The translations under genes were made by a program, and so were the position numbers. A stretch of DNA of 64,000 nucleotides, from contig JAAOMT010000276.1 of the NCBI GenBank assembly GCA_016748015.1, positions 62,001 through 126,000 of the forward strand. The letters are read 5' to 3'. Numbering within the stretch: position 1 is the first letter of the stretch; each line of letters begins with the position of its first letter. The notes beneath the pieces were generated by a model. That model saw only the letters and a program-made list of their open reading frames with translations. It had not been told where the DNA came from and did not search any database. Positions 38,201 through 51,600 of this stretch are shown here, piece by piece. The stretch is from Geosiphon pyriformis uo1. Taxonomy: Eukaryota; Fungi; Glomeromycota.

Positions 38201-38999
38201 TTCTGCCGGACAATGGATTATTTATGCTCTTATCTTCGGAGTTATAGCATCAACACTTCTTTATTTGGGGACAGATGAAAATCAACCACCACCTTTTTAT
38301 TGGTCCCTTTGTTTTTTAGGGTTTGCTGTCGCGATGGTATGGATATATCTCGTAGCCAACGAGGTTGTTGGATTACTTCAGGTAAAAGTACATTCATGTC
38401 TCTAAAACAGATTAAGGTCAATTTTCACATTCTTCGCTTTGGTATTTTAAAACAGGCTCTTGGATTGATCATGGGTCTAAGTGATGCTATACTAGGCCTA
38501 ACTATTTTTGCAATGGTAAGTTTTTAGAAATTGTGAATTACAATTTTCAGATTATTGCTGACCTTTACCATATAGGGGAATAGTCTTGGTGACTTTGTCG
38601 CGAATATTACTATTGCAAGAATGGGTTTTCCCATGATGGCAATGAGCGCTTGTTTTGGTGGTCCAATGCTAAGTGAGTCCTGTTTGATTTAAGGGGAAAA
38701 TTCCAGATACATTAGAAACATTTTTTATCCACCTTTCTTTCACTTTAGATATTCTTTTAGGCATCGGCATCAGTGGCACCTACATGACGCTCAAAACTCA
38801 AGAATCCTATAAAATTACCGTCTCTCCTACCCTGTTTGTTTCTTCGGTTGGGCTTTTTATCACCCTAATCTCATCCCTAATCTACCTTCCCAAAAATGAT
38901 TATTGGATGACAAGGGGCCTGGGATGTTATCTAATATCGGTCTATCTTTTATGTATGATAGTGAATATTTATTTGGAAGTTAGTAGTCAAAGAGTTTGA
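35201..38999 (+). CDS. Cation/Ca2+ exchanger, CCX/NCLX (Ecm27-like) family, multi-exon
   Basis: ASDFFCPNL, alpha-1 AGVTFLAFGNGSPD, alpha-2 LGLTIFAMGNSLGD, SACFGGPMLN. Confidence 0.93.
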
Positions 39000-39517
39000 T
39001 CAAATCGGAAAATTTATAAACCTAAATTGTGAATTCGGAGGCCTTTGTATATATGAAGTTGACTGAACTTAATAATTAACTATTACATCAGATTAGATAT
39101 GTTTCAAGTTTTGACAAGATATTTATTAATTCGAACCTCTCGAAATTTAGTGCATTACGATAACAGTCTTGTACCCGCCACCACTTTAAAGATCCCATTC
39201 CTTGAATCCACATAACCTGTTTTCAAAATATACCTTTTTTCCTTTTACAAAAACTGAGTTTGACAAACTGTTTTCTCCTATAAATTAAATTTCCCTTCGA
39301 TTATTAAAAATATACTACAATCGTAGTTCTGAATACCAAATATTAAAACAAATCGAAACCTTGGAAAATTCCTCTGATCAAAAATCAATGGCCTTTGCTA
39401 AATATTAGAATTCTTGAAAATTTTCAGGAAACGACGCCATACCATGCTATCTATCGACTATATCAAGTTCTTGACAAGACGTCGAACCCAAGTTGAAAGA
39501 GACAGATAGCAATTTAA

Positions 39518-41811
39518 CTAAAGCCTCCTAGGTTCGACAAAGAGACTTCCATTCCCTTGCCGACGGACGTACTTATTTAACGGCTTCAAATTGATGGCAT
39601 CTCTGCCATAATATTTGGCCAAAATGACCTTCAGTTGTCCTATTTTTATAGGAATATACATATTCGCCAGCTCTTGGATTCGGTCAAAATTCACCTTGCA
39701 TTCTTTCTTCCATTTATTTCTAATCTGGAACTCCTGCTTGTCTCTAATGCAGGAGTTTAACAGATCAAAATCAGGGCCGAAGTATTTCAACAACTAGAAA
39801 ACATGAAAAAGGGTAAAAAATTTGCATATAATCTGAGAAAAAATCATTAAATACCTCGTAAAATAGTTCCACTTCTTTTGGGTGCCACCGGTTTATAAGG
39901 CGGGCTCCATATAACTCGAAACAATACGTGTTTCGAGTTACATTACGTGCCTTCGCCTCCACCTCCAAGTCCTGGACCCTGCCACTCACAACCTTATTTT
40001 TATCTTCCCAAATATCAACTCTCAGGGACTCTTGATCTACCACTACCCGCCCGTTGACCAATTTCACCTGGGGAACAGCCCTTCTACTCAGCAACATGAA
40101 AATTTTCTAGTCATTCAACTTAATAGTATAGGATCAAGTTATGAGGAAAGAGTAAAGTTACCGTTGTTTGAGCCCAATTTGCCTTATAGCCATTATGTCA
40201 GTATCTTCCTCAAGAGCAGGCAGGTTTATTGCCCCTCGATTTGTCGATGCTTCATCATCGCTAGAGTCAGGCTCGCTGCTAGTACCCTCCTTACTAGCAT
40301 TTGCAACAGAAGTACGTTCACACATAGCTCTTGGGGCGGGATTTTTGCCTTTACATCCTACACGCTCATTTGTCATTGCAGCTTGTCGCGCGGATAACTT
40401 TCCCAGCGAGGAATACGGGAGTTCAACGTCGGGATAGTTCTTTTTGATGTGGTTTTGGATCTGCCGTAGAGTCTTTGTGCCCATCTTTTGTGCTATTACC
40501 TCCAAATCTTTTGGCCACTGAGTATATAACTCCTCAAATCTTTGCTTCTCCCATTTTGCCCACCTAGTTGAGGTTCGTAACTTTTTGGAAGTCTTTTCCA
40601 TGCTCTTAATCCTGTCGAGCACCGAGGAAAACTCGATAGGGGCCATCGCTTTTCCGCTTCCCCTCCTAAAAGCAGATTTAGTAGTTTCAATTGGAATTGG
40701 CAATTGGGAGACTACTTCTATGAATTCATCATCCTCAAAATCGTCAAGGGGGTCTCCGAAAGTTGAGGCTTCCCCCACGCCCTCAATTCTTTTTTCTCTG
40801 CTTTCGATTTCGATCTCTTGCGGTATTATCTCCTTATCGTCCCTATCATCCTCGATATCACTTTCTTGATCTTCGATCTCATTTTGACCATGAATATCAT
40901 TTTTCCGAACTTCGACTTCATTTTGACCATCAATCTCATTAGTTAAACCTTCAATTTCATCTTCTTGAATATCTATATCCTCTTCGTATTCATTACATAA
41001 CTCTAGCCGGTCTTCTTGCTGTTCTATTTCGTAGATATCTTCGAATTCTTTGTTGTCTTGAACCTCCTCATAGTCTTCCATTTCTTCCTCGATGTCATGG
41101 ACGTGAACCTCAGAATCTTTTTTTTGGTTACTGAAGTTAGAAACCGCAACTGAGGTTCCGAGGACTATTTGACCATTGACAAGTTTTATCTGATGCACAT
41201 GTGAGCTTAAGAATTAAGAATCTTTAGCGAGTGAAACAATGTTTTAGGCTTTGAAAAAATGCTTTTACTGCATTTAACATCGAGGGTTAAATTTGAATTA
41301 ACGAAAATGTATGAAAAAAACCAAAATATTGTGTTTTACTATTTAAAATATACCTACTAGCATAAAAGTGGGTAAAAGAGTATAGAATAAAAGCCAAGTT
41401 TCGAAACCAGGAGTATTTATTCTGACCATAGAAAATATAACATGTTTATCAGAAGCAGAATAAAAATTGTAGTTTGAGTCTAAGAAATCAAATTTTTTTA
41501 TCGCTTATATTCTGCTTGCGTATTTTCTTCCTCGACATTCATTCCATGTTAATTTAAATAAATTTAAGATATAATTGGGTGAGAAAAAATAAGTACCTTG
41601 ATTGTGTATCAAACCATTGAAAAGGTTTTCTATGCTGTAAAGTCCCAAGCTCATTGTGAAATTCTTGAAATTCCTCCTTTTTTGATGGTTTAACACTGGG
41701 ATTGTTTGTCTGTTGTACAGTTCCATGATAGATAGGCGATCTTGAATCTGACTTTTCGCTGTCGCTGTTAGTTCGGCAACGTTTTTTGGTTGAGTAATAT
41801 TTGTTTAGCAT
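39518..41811 (-). CDS. Bdp1 (TFIIIB B'')-like SANT/Myb protein; 5' exon structure uncertain
   Basis: PQVKLVNGRVVVDQESL; RWHPKEVELFYE|LLKYFGPDFDLL...QIRNKWKKE; a second SANT RWAKWEKQRF..KT..QIQNH; acidic tract. Confidence 0.7.
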
Positions 41812-42081
41812 AGTCACTTTAGTGAGTTAAAATGAAACATCCCGAGAGCCAAATTGTTAGCAGAGTTTAGGTTGCCTCAAAAGAAATGGTGGTTTTAAAA
41901 ACATTAGTGGTTACATTTTCATGCACTACTGCACATATTTTCATAAGTCTTTACTATTCAGATGATTAATTGTTGCACCAGAAATCAGGTGATCTCATCC
42001 CACACCTTTTAAAAAATCGTTTTGAAGATTGAACTGGCTAGGCTTTAAACTTACGAGCCGCGGCTATCATAATATGGTGTG

Positions 42082-42787
42082 ATGTCTCAACTAAAATGTA
42101 ATCTTAAAAATTTTATCTTCTGATTAAATGCTAGAAATACAATATTTTTGATGATTTTCCAATTTTTCTTCAAGATATCAATGTCGTTCAAGTAAAACCG
42201 GCACAACACCAGGTGAACTTGCGTGTTAAAGTGATTAATCAAATCATGTTGGCAGAATGTAAAGATGATTCATCATGTATGTATCCCTGTTGTGATCAAT
42301 TAAAATTTTATTCATAAATTCGTTTAAAAAAATCACGTCAAAAATAGCGGGTTCGACAAAAATTGCAGAATTCTTAGTTGGGGACCAAACCGGGTGCATC
42401 ATTATCAAGGCGATAGACGGTAAGAATTTTTTTTCTATCACAATCTTTAGATTTAGAGAGAAATCAAATTTTATTTCAACCTTCATCCTTTATCACTCTA
42501 CACTTATTTCCCAAGATCAAGTAAACCTCATTCAAAATCAACAATTATCCATGATCGCGATACACAACGCCCGTGTTGAAATGTATCGTGGATTTATGCG
42601 AATAGTTGTAGATTATAACACTAGGGGGGAAATTTTACCCATAATCTCTTCACTCCCCAATCAAGAAATCCACGATAAAGATAATATAAGTAACAAGTTT
42701 CTTCATTCTACCAATCCGGCAATTATGAACCCGAACCTGGAAAACAATTTGTCTTTAGTGGAGTACCAGTATGTTCCAATAAAATAA
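42082..42787 (+). CDS. Small OB-fold nucleic-acid-binding protein, At4g28440-like (4 exons)
   Basis: Spliced VNLRVKV..KIAEFLVGDQTGCI..DQV..NARVEMYRGFMRIVVD..NNLSLVEY. Confidence 0.8.
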
Positions 42788-43143
42788 AATAAAATAAAAA
42801 TTATTTCTTGGAGTATCAATAGATAATTTCAAGATTATCCTGGACTTTGGCCTTTGTGGATGACAAATAGACAAGGAATTATTAAACGGTGAAAAAGAAT
42901 TCCTTATATAGTAATAAGAGAAAATGATTTATGATACGAGTGGGAAAGTATAATATGCGTGATGAAAATATCAAACAAATTTTCCGAATCCATTTGATAG
43001 CGATTATAAGAGTAGGGGAGGTAATGAGCTATATATTTGAACTGAATAATTCTATAAAAGGTCTTTTCAGAATAAAAATTTCTTTTAAATCTTTAGTTAT
43101 AGTAAATATTAAAACAAATCATTCTCAGATAATGAAATTTCTT

Positions 43144-44817
43144 TTAATAACCGTCTCCCACAATTTTCACGTCCAAATCTTGAAAAAGGATATCTGCAAA
43201 GGAAACAAACATAATATTGGCTTCTTTTACAATAGCAAACATGACAGTATTTATTTCGGATTCTTGAAAAATAGCGTTCAAAGTTGATAGTGTGGGTGGA
43301 GTTTGTGTTTCGCCGCTGGAAATTTTCATCATCAATTTGAAAAGATTTCAATAATTCAATATTAATTCCTAAGCCTAATCAGACCAATTCTCAAACTAAC
43401 CAATAAATATTACCTGGTAACCACCACACGAAAGGATGGTTCACCCGGCTGTTTCTTTTTAAATTTCCTTCCACCCGCGTACACAAAAAAATCGATTACG
43501 TACTCCGACCCTTTCTTTTCGTCTGGATTATCATATTGATGATATATAGGACAAACAGATGAACGCTGAATGATTTGTAGCCTCTTGAAAACTTCCTCTG
43601 GTGTGATTTTGAACAAAAGAAAATTAACATTACAAAATATTATAATTTTTCATTAATCATTAATTTGCTTTGGTTTCTTGAATTGAAATATTCGTGAAAT
43701 GAAGATTAAGAATACTTACTATATGAGGAACAAGATCTAGGCGAAACAAGAGGCTGAAAAATATTATCCGATGGTGAATCTGAATCCTTTAGTTTATTAT
43801 CATGTCGAAACCAAGAAGATATTAATTGTAGGTTGGGGGAAATTAGGATGCCGAGCTGCTGAATTCCTCTTAACCATATCGATGATGATTGTGGTTGTTG
43901 TTGAAGGAGAGAGCCGGTTTGTGAAGATGTTGTAGGTGATATTGGTAAGTCGGATTTCGAATGTGCTGATTTGGGCGGTGGACGAATTACGGTATATCCT
44001 AGTCTTTTTAAATATGCATAAATCTTTGAAAATATATACTTGAATTTAAATTTAATAATGAAATTACAACTGAGAGAACTTCAATTTTTACACTTAAAAA
44101 CATTTATTTGGGTTTATTTCTCGACACATTTACCTGATACTTTTCTAATGTTAACACCCATTCATTATCCCCATCATCATCATCATCATTTTCATTATAA
44201 TCATTCCCCAGCATAATTTCATATGCTTGTTGCATAGAAATTGGTACTTCATTAAACTCTACTACCAAAACACCACGCTCCATCAACCATAGAGTTTCTT
44301 CGGGCCATAACCATGTTTCACCATTAATATTATGACCCATATTCTGATGAAAATCCTGACGACGAATTTGTGTCAAGTGTGATTGATGAATAGGTCGGGA
44401 GTAGTATGTAGCCTTGCAAAGATTTCGAGAAACTGCTTTACGTTCCTCCGAAATGACTGTACGTAATGCTTCACGAGATTCTTTTAATTTTTTTATTTGT
44501 TCCTCTGATCCATCTGGTCCTCCAAAACTTTTGAGACCACGACGAGGTAAACTTGGATGATGACCCCTTTGAAAACCTAATAATTTGGAAAAATCTGTTG
44601 GTTCATCATCTTCCCACGTATGAACCTCATTGTTCGATAATCCAACAAAATTCAATTGCTCTTCATTTTCATTAAACAAAGTTTGCTTTTTTTTGTCCCC
44701 ATCACTATTCTCATATTTATAAATTGGTGAACTTGGGGGCTGAAATTTGATGGAAGGAAATTTGTCCGCTGATTGGCCAGGAGAACTTGGCTTGATAAAA
44801 TTATTTAAATTTTCCAT
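43144..44817 (-). CDS. SEN54: tRNA splicing endonuclease subunit Sen54, multi-exon
   Basis: LPRRGLKSF, MGH....WLWPEETLWLMERG, SMQQAY, LEKYQ|IYAYLKRLGY, FKKKQPGEPSFRVVV. Confidence 0.9.
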
Positions 44818-45309
44818 GACGCGTTGAAATCCAAGGTATTTAATAAAATACAATAAGCAAAATTAATATACTAGTTCAAGAATAAATCAAAACGTAAAGG
44901 CACAATTATCAAAAGATTATTTAAAGCTTTGCTATTAAAAAATTTTGACCCTTTTCAATACATGTACTGAAAAATGAAAAAGAAATACCATATAATTCCT
45001 GTTTTTATTTGGCTTCATTTCAAATTAAAGATTATTTAAATTAAAAAAGTAAATATTATTTGATCATGTAATTTCTACCAATTTTTTGCATATGAATTGA
45101 AATTTGATTTGCTAATCTTTATTAATTGCCAAATTTTGATTAAAGTATAAAAATTCTAACTGTTTATTGTTTATAACTTGTATAAAAATTTTGAATTTTT
45201 AAATTTTGAATTAAAAAGAATTCAAAATTTTTTATTTTGTTTTTATTTAAATTTATTTGTTTTTTAATTAATTATTTTATATTATATAATATATATATAT
45301 ATAATATTA

Positions 45310-47650
45310 ATAAATAAAAACTTTTTTCTTTTTTTTGTATATTTTTCACAATTTTACAATTTACAAATTCTTTTGTAGTAAATCTAATAACTGCTTCTAA
45401 CAATAATATAATTAAAAAAAAATTTAACAAAAAAAACTGTTTATAATACTTTTTTCCAAAAACAAAAAAATTTAATTGGTAATATAAAATATTTTGGTAA
45501 TAAAAAAAATATTTTTAAACAAATTTTTAATTAATATTAATTGATTTTTAAACATAAAGGTTAATTCAAATAAAAAACAAATAATTTTTTATTGGTTAAT
45601 AAAAAATTACAAAGCAAATAACAAAAGTAAGCTTTATTTTAATACCAAAATAAATATTTTCAAAATAAAAAAATTAATATTAACAAGATAAAAAAATTTT
45701 TATTAAATTTTATTAACTGTAAAATAAAAAATGTTGTTATTTTTTTTTGTTATACTATTATGTTAAATAAAATTTAAATTAACTTTAAAATTATTAAAAA
45801 AAAGATAAAAATATTTATTAAGAAATTTTATATATTAAATATTAATTTTTTTGTTATTTAAAAAAAAATATTATAATAAAAATAATGATTATTAAAAAAC
45901 ATATTTAATAGTAAATAGTTTTAAAAAAGTTACAATTCTTTAAAAATTTAAAAAAATCATTTAATTAATATTTATTTTTTAAAAAAAAAAAACAAAGCTA
46001 TAATTTTGGCTATTAAAAAAAATTCTAATAAACAATAATCTAAAAAAACTAAAAAATTAATCAGATTAGATTGTAATTATTAAAAAAAAATTTATAAATA
46101 AAGTTTTTAAAATTGTTAATTAGCTTTTATTAATCAAATTATTGTTTAAAAACAAAGTTTTAATCTTAATTTTGAAATTATATATTGGTGTTTTATTAGT
46201 AATATGCTTAATTTAGACTAAAAAAATTAATTTTTTAATAGTTAAAATAGTAAATAAAAGCTTTTTTATAATATTAATAAAAATTTTATTAAAAACAATT
46301 TTAAGAAAAATATTAATTTTAAAAAATGTTTAAATTTTAATTTAGTTAATAATATAATAAATAATTTTATAAATAAAATATCAATATAAAACAATTTAAA
46401 ATTAATAAAAAAAATAATTAATTATATTTTGGTTTTGGTTTTTTTATTAATAATACTGTTAATTAATAAATTTTAATTGTAAGTAAGTTTTTTAATATTA
46501 ATTATATATTTATTTTAGTTTAATTAGACTGAATAATATATTAGATATATAACTATTTATTTTATAAAAATATATAAACAAAATCAATAAAAATATTTAA
46601 TAAATATATATAATATTAATATATACTTATTTTAAAAATAATTAAACTATTTAAAAAAAAAATTGTTTTTAAAAAAATTAGAAATTTAAATATAATATAA
46701 ATATTTTTTCAAAAAATTATAAATAATTTAATTAATAAAGTTTTTATAAAAACATAATTTTGTAGTATTAATGATAAAATTTTAAAAATAATTTTAAATT
46801 AAAACTTTTAGTATTTAAAATAATTAATAATAAATTTATTAACAAGTTTTTTTTTAGATTTGTAGTTTTTATTTAATTAAATTAAAATCTTAGAAGTTCA
46901 GATTTTAGTAATATAAATTTTAGCTTAATATTATTAAATTTATTTTTTTAAAAAATACAATATTATTATTAAGTATTTAAATTACATAAATTTTAAGTAG
47001 CCAAAAATACATATTTTAAATCTGTTATTTTTAAACATATAAAAAGTTTTGTTAATAACAAAAATTATATAATTAAAAATGTTTTAAAATACTTATATTA
47101 TAAAGTATATTAAATTATTTAATAGTTAATAATAATTTAATCTTATTAATATTAAATTTAAAATTAATGTAATTATAAAATTTTGAAAACTATTTTAACA
47201 GTTTGATAAAACCAATATGTTTTTTTAATTTATATAAATATCTTAATATTATAAATGTAATTAATTTTAATAAATTGCTTAATATTATTATAAATTTGTT
47301 TAATAGTAAAATAATTAGTTTGTTTAATATTATCAATAAACTATAAAAGTATTATAACAAATTTGGTTTGAATTTTTTATTAAATCTTTTAAATTTTTGT
47401 CTACTATATAACTTGATTTTAAAATTTTTAAGAAAATTATTTAGATTCTATAATTTTAAAGTTTTATAAATAAAAAAATGTTTTTATAAACACTAAATTA
47501 ATAGTTTTAATCAAAATTGCCAAAAAAATTCTGTTTAAGATTTTTTTAATAAAATAATAATTAATTTTAATCTAACTAATATTTATAAAATTCATTATAA
47601 TTTAAATTAAAATAAAGTTTTTTTTCTTTTTTGGCAGATTTTTTATGTAA
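45310..47650 (+). mobile_element. Ghost LINE (plus strand), related to 48483-55286, internally deleted
   Basis: About 45450-45520 aligns to ORF1 FSQKKK..GNVKHSGNEKNIFLK; about 47625-47645 aligns to RT LWRIFY; nearly all C and G lost. Confidence 0.7.
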
Positions 47651-48619
47651 TAAACCAAAAATATGTAAATAGATTGTTACTTAGATAAAAAACAGAAAAT
47701 AATAATAGTATAAATAGCTAATAACAAAGCAAAAAATTATGTAATATTAGGAATTTTAGAAATATCAATAAAAATTTCAAAATTTTCAAAAATATTAATA
47801 AAAATTGTAAAAATTTCAGAAATCTTATATTATAAAAATTTATGTATATATAATAGAAGTATTAAAAACAAAAAAAAACAAACCATTTTAAATACAAACA
47901 ACTTTACTTAAAAATTAATCAAGCTTTTTATTATTAAAATAAAGATATTAGTTAATTATATTTAAAACTTTAATTTATAAATTTAAATTTAATTTATTAA
48001 TATTTAATTTATATATATTAATATTATTTATTTAAAATATTAGAACAATAATTTTTGATCATAAATATTAACAGAATATTAATTTTTATTTTATTATTAC
48101 ATCTTTTATTATTTTTTTATTTTATTAATTAATTAAAAAAAGTGCTAAAATTATAATATCAAGAATTATTTGGTAAAAAATGCCAAAAAAAAATATAAAT
48201 ATAGTTATAAAAACTAAAATTACTTATTAAAAGAATAAAAATACTAGAATAAACTAATTATTATGCTAAAAAAATAATATATTAAATATTATTTACAATT
48301 ATATTAAGTTTTTGTTTATTATATAAAAACTTTTTAAATTAAAATATTTAAAAAAATTTTAGATTTTTATATTAATTAACTTAAACACTAAATTATAAAA
48401 CATCCAAAATACTTTAAAATTTATTTGTAATATATGGTGCTTTTTATAAAATATAATTTACAGAAAATAGAATACTAGTTAATTTTTTTTTTTTTGTATT
48501 TAATGAGTGAAGCCCAACCACTATCTAGTACATAGAACCAAACTAAGTGGCTCAAACTAAACACAACTCACGCAATAACTACATGCAACTAGCCACTCAG
48601 GCCAGACTAGGCAATACTA

Positions 48620-51600
48620 CACATCTATATAAACATGAGGACTACTATCTAGACCCGAAAAAAAAGGCAAGGCCTGCGATGGCCAAAACTGACAGCAAAA
48701 GACCTAGCAATGCCAAGCATTCTCACCACACTATCTGAAAGCACAGAATACACCCCACGTGACAAACCCGAAACCAAACAATTATCACCAACCAAGCCAG
48801 CCTTCTCCATGTTCGCCCTGAATTTAGATTTAACCAACTAGATCCTGGATTGATGCAGTTCAACCAAGAACCTTACAAACTCAACCACCACTTCGAAGGC
48901 TTTTCCAGCATCCTCAAAAACACCTGCCACCTCAACACACCAATTCTTTATCACAAAACCAAATATCTGCCAACATCCAAGTGACAAGAATCAAGAACTT
49001 TAAGAACAGAAGAGGAAAACGGATTACAACCACCAACCAGAAATGTCCAGCATGCAGAAGTCTCTAGCAAAATTTCTGTCTGGATGTGAATATTCTGCGA
49101 ACAAGTAAAAACATGGTCTAACAGTTCTACCTCCTCATACAACAAACACTAAACATCTGAGTAACATTTATTATATAACCTTTTTCTGATAGCCACCAGC
49201 AACCTTTTGTGTACAGTCTTTATTAAATACATTCGAAGATTAGCCAATTTTTGGCTAGTAAACCCAGCAAGCATATGTGAGTTAGAATGCCAAACCTTCG
49301 CTGAAGCAGCCCAATCAAAATCTCCTAGCATGTCAACTGAGACCACATCCTGGTCTGGACCAGCCTTCCAGTGAGCACAACAAACAGATCTAAACACATC
49401 CCTAACAAAGTGGTGGGCATTGCCCAAAATCACAGTGTTCTCAGCCATCAAACAATGCTTCCATATCTCTATTGGCAAAATATAAGAAGAGCCAGCAGCT
49501 TCACCAGCAGACTTATCGGCTCTCACATTGCCAAAAACACCAGCATGACTTTTGACTTTGACCCAATTTACACTGAGATCCTTATTCCTAATCAAGTTAA
49601 AAATATGCCTTCTTTCAATCCAGCAGTGATTATGAAAGTCTGGAATGAAAAACAATAACTTAGAGACACAAGCATCAATGGCAGCTTGGCTGTTGAGATG
49701 CAAAACCACAGAACAAGATGATGGAACACACTCTAAAGCCAGAGCAACAGCCTGCAACTCAGCCATAGTAGAAGATAAAAGGCCAAAAACCCTTACACCA
49801 ACACTCAAATCCAAAGCCGGAAAGTACGCAGCAGCACTACTTGACACATCAGCAGATCCAGCACCCCTTAAGGACCCATCCGTATATGCCTTAAAACAGC
49901 CAAACCAAATCTCATGTAAACCATCCTGTACAGAAGAAAACACATCAGAGTTCATAATATTCAAACCACCAGAATGGATAGCACCAGTAAAGCTTAGGAA
50001 GGAAAAACTCTGATCCAGAAAAAACTTAAAAGTGACTGCAAACCAATGGGGCACAGGGCCCCAAATGTTTCCAGTGATGAAAAGTCTTCTAATCCAACAA
50101 CTCTCCCTTCTTATCAAAAAGCTGATCACCAAAAGCAACACCAAAGCATTTAAGAGACTGAACAGAACTAAAGTAAAGAGACTCCCCAAGAATCAAAGAC
50201 ATCAGAAAATGACCAGGATGACAAAAAATGCTAGGAATGTTGTTTACCAAAGAGAGATTATTGTCCAAAAGAATCCTCACAACACCTGCCAAAAAATTGT
50301 TTATCAGACTAACACACAACTTGACAGGAAATTGAAAAGGATCCAAAGAAGCCCAACCCAGAACCTGCAAGTCCAGAAATCTATGCTCAAACAAGCAGCC
50401 AAGAATGCCAGAGGCATTAGCAAAAGAGATCAAAGAAGCCACCTTCCCCTCAGACTGCACCTGCTCAAAAGACTTCAGATTATACAGTGAAAGATGATAC
50501 AGAGCAGAATCAAGAAAATCACGAAGCAGACGCACTTTGGATTTGAGGCCCTTTCTGACCAAAACGTCCTATTTGCGACACACACCAGACAAAACAAAAC
50601 TAAACTGTGTCCGATAACTAACAATGGGCTGTAAGACAGCCAAGACCAAATAGGAAAACTGCTTATTCATGATTGCTTTTCTAAGCACCACATTAATGAA
50701 AAACCGAACATCTGAATAAGCCTTGGCCAGACTGGGTTTGGACAACCCCTTAGTTGACAAAAAAATTCCTAAATATCTGTGAGCCTCACCCTTCTTTGCA
50801 ATAGAAATCGGCTGACCACTTATATTTAAAGAAGCAACTTTGACACCCTAATTAATTGGTATGGCCACCGTTTTTTCATTGTTTATAAAAATATTATTAA
50901 TAAAAAAAAACTCACTAACAATGTTCAAAGCATACTGCATGGAAGCCTGGCAATCTTCAATCCAAATCATATTATCCACAAAAGCACCAGCTGTAAAGAA
51001 GGAAGTCATCCCACCACTATTCTTAATCTTGCCAGTTTTTGCCACAAACTTAGTATCAACGCAATATCCACACAAATGTTCATGCCTTTTAATTTCACAC
51101 AAAAGTGGATCATAAAAGATCCTCCAAAGAAGAGACAAAAAGATTTCACTCTGATCAAGGCCATTATGCACTCTATAACCACCTGAAAGACCAAAATTAG
51201 TTATCACTCTATTAACCCTATCCATATAGATACCACCAAACAGGCCAATAAACCTTTCACACATTTTGATATGACGCAGGCTAGCCCTCAAGTGATGCCA
51301 ACTAATAGAGTCATATGCCTTGCACATATTTTGCAAAACCAACCAAAGTTCCCTATTCTTCTCAAGAGCATCTTCGACCACCAATCCAACAGTGAACACA
51401 GGAAATTGAGTAGAAGTACCCTTTAGCACCAAAAAATTGCCACCATGGAGAATGTCAAACTTGCCACATGCGAAGAAGATCCTGTCTGAGAGAATTTTGG
51501 AAAGAATTTTCCTGGCTGTTTTAATTAGAGCAATAGGGCAAGTATTTGTTAAAACCTCATCCTAATCATAAGGTTTTGGAATCATTGAAACCCAGGCTTT

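Noticed and set aside
28907-44817. Functional anti-retroelement cluster (RNase H2C, Bdp1-like, OB-fold, Sen54)
   Set aside because: Ordinary housekeeping genes mixed with unrelated metabolic and transport genes; no evidence of linkage beyond proximity
44900-47650. AT-rich tract as centromere, organellar insert or endobacterial DNA
   Set aside because: Residual colinearity with the neighbouring LINE explains it
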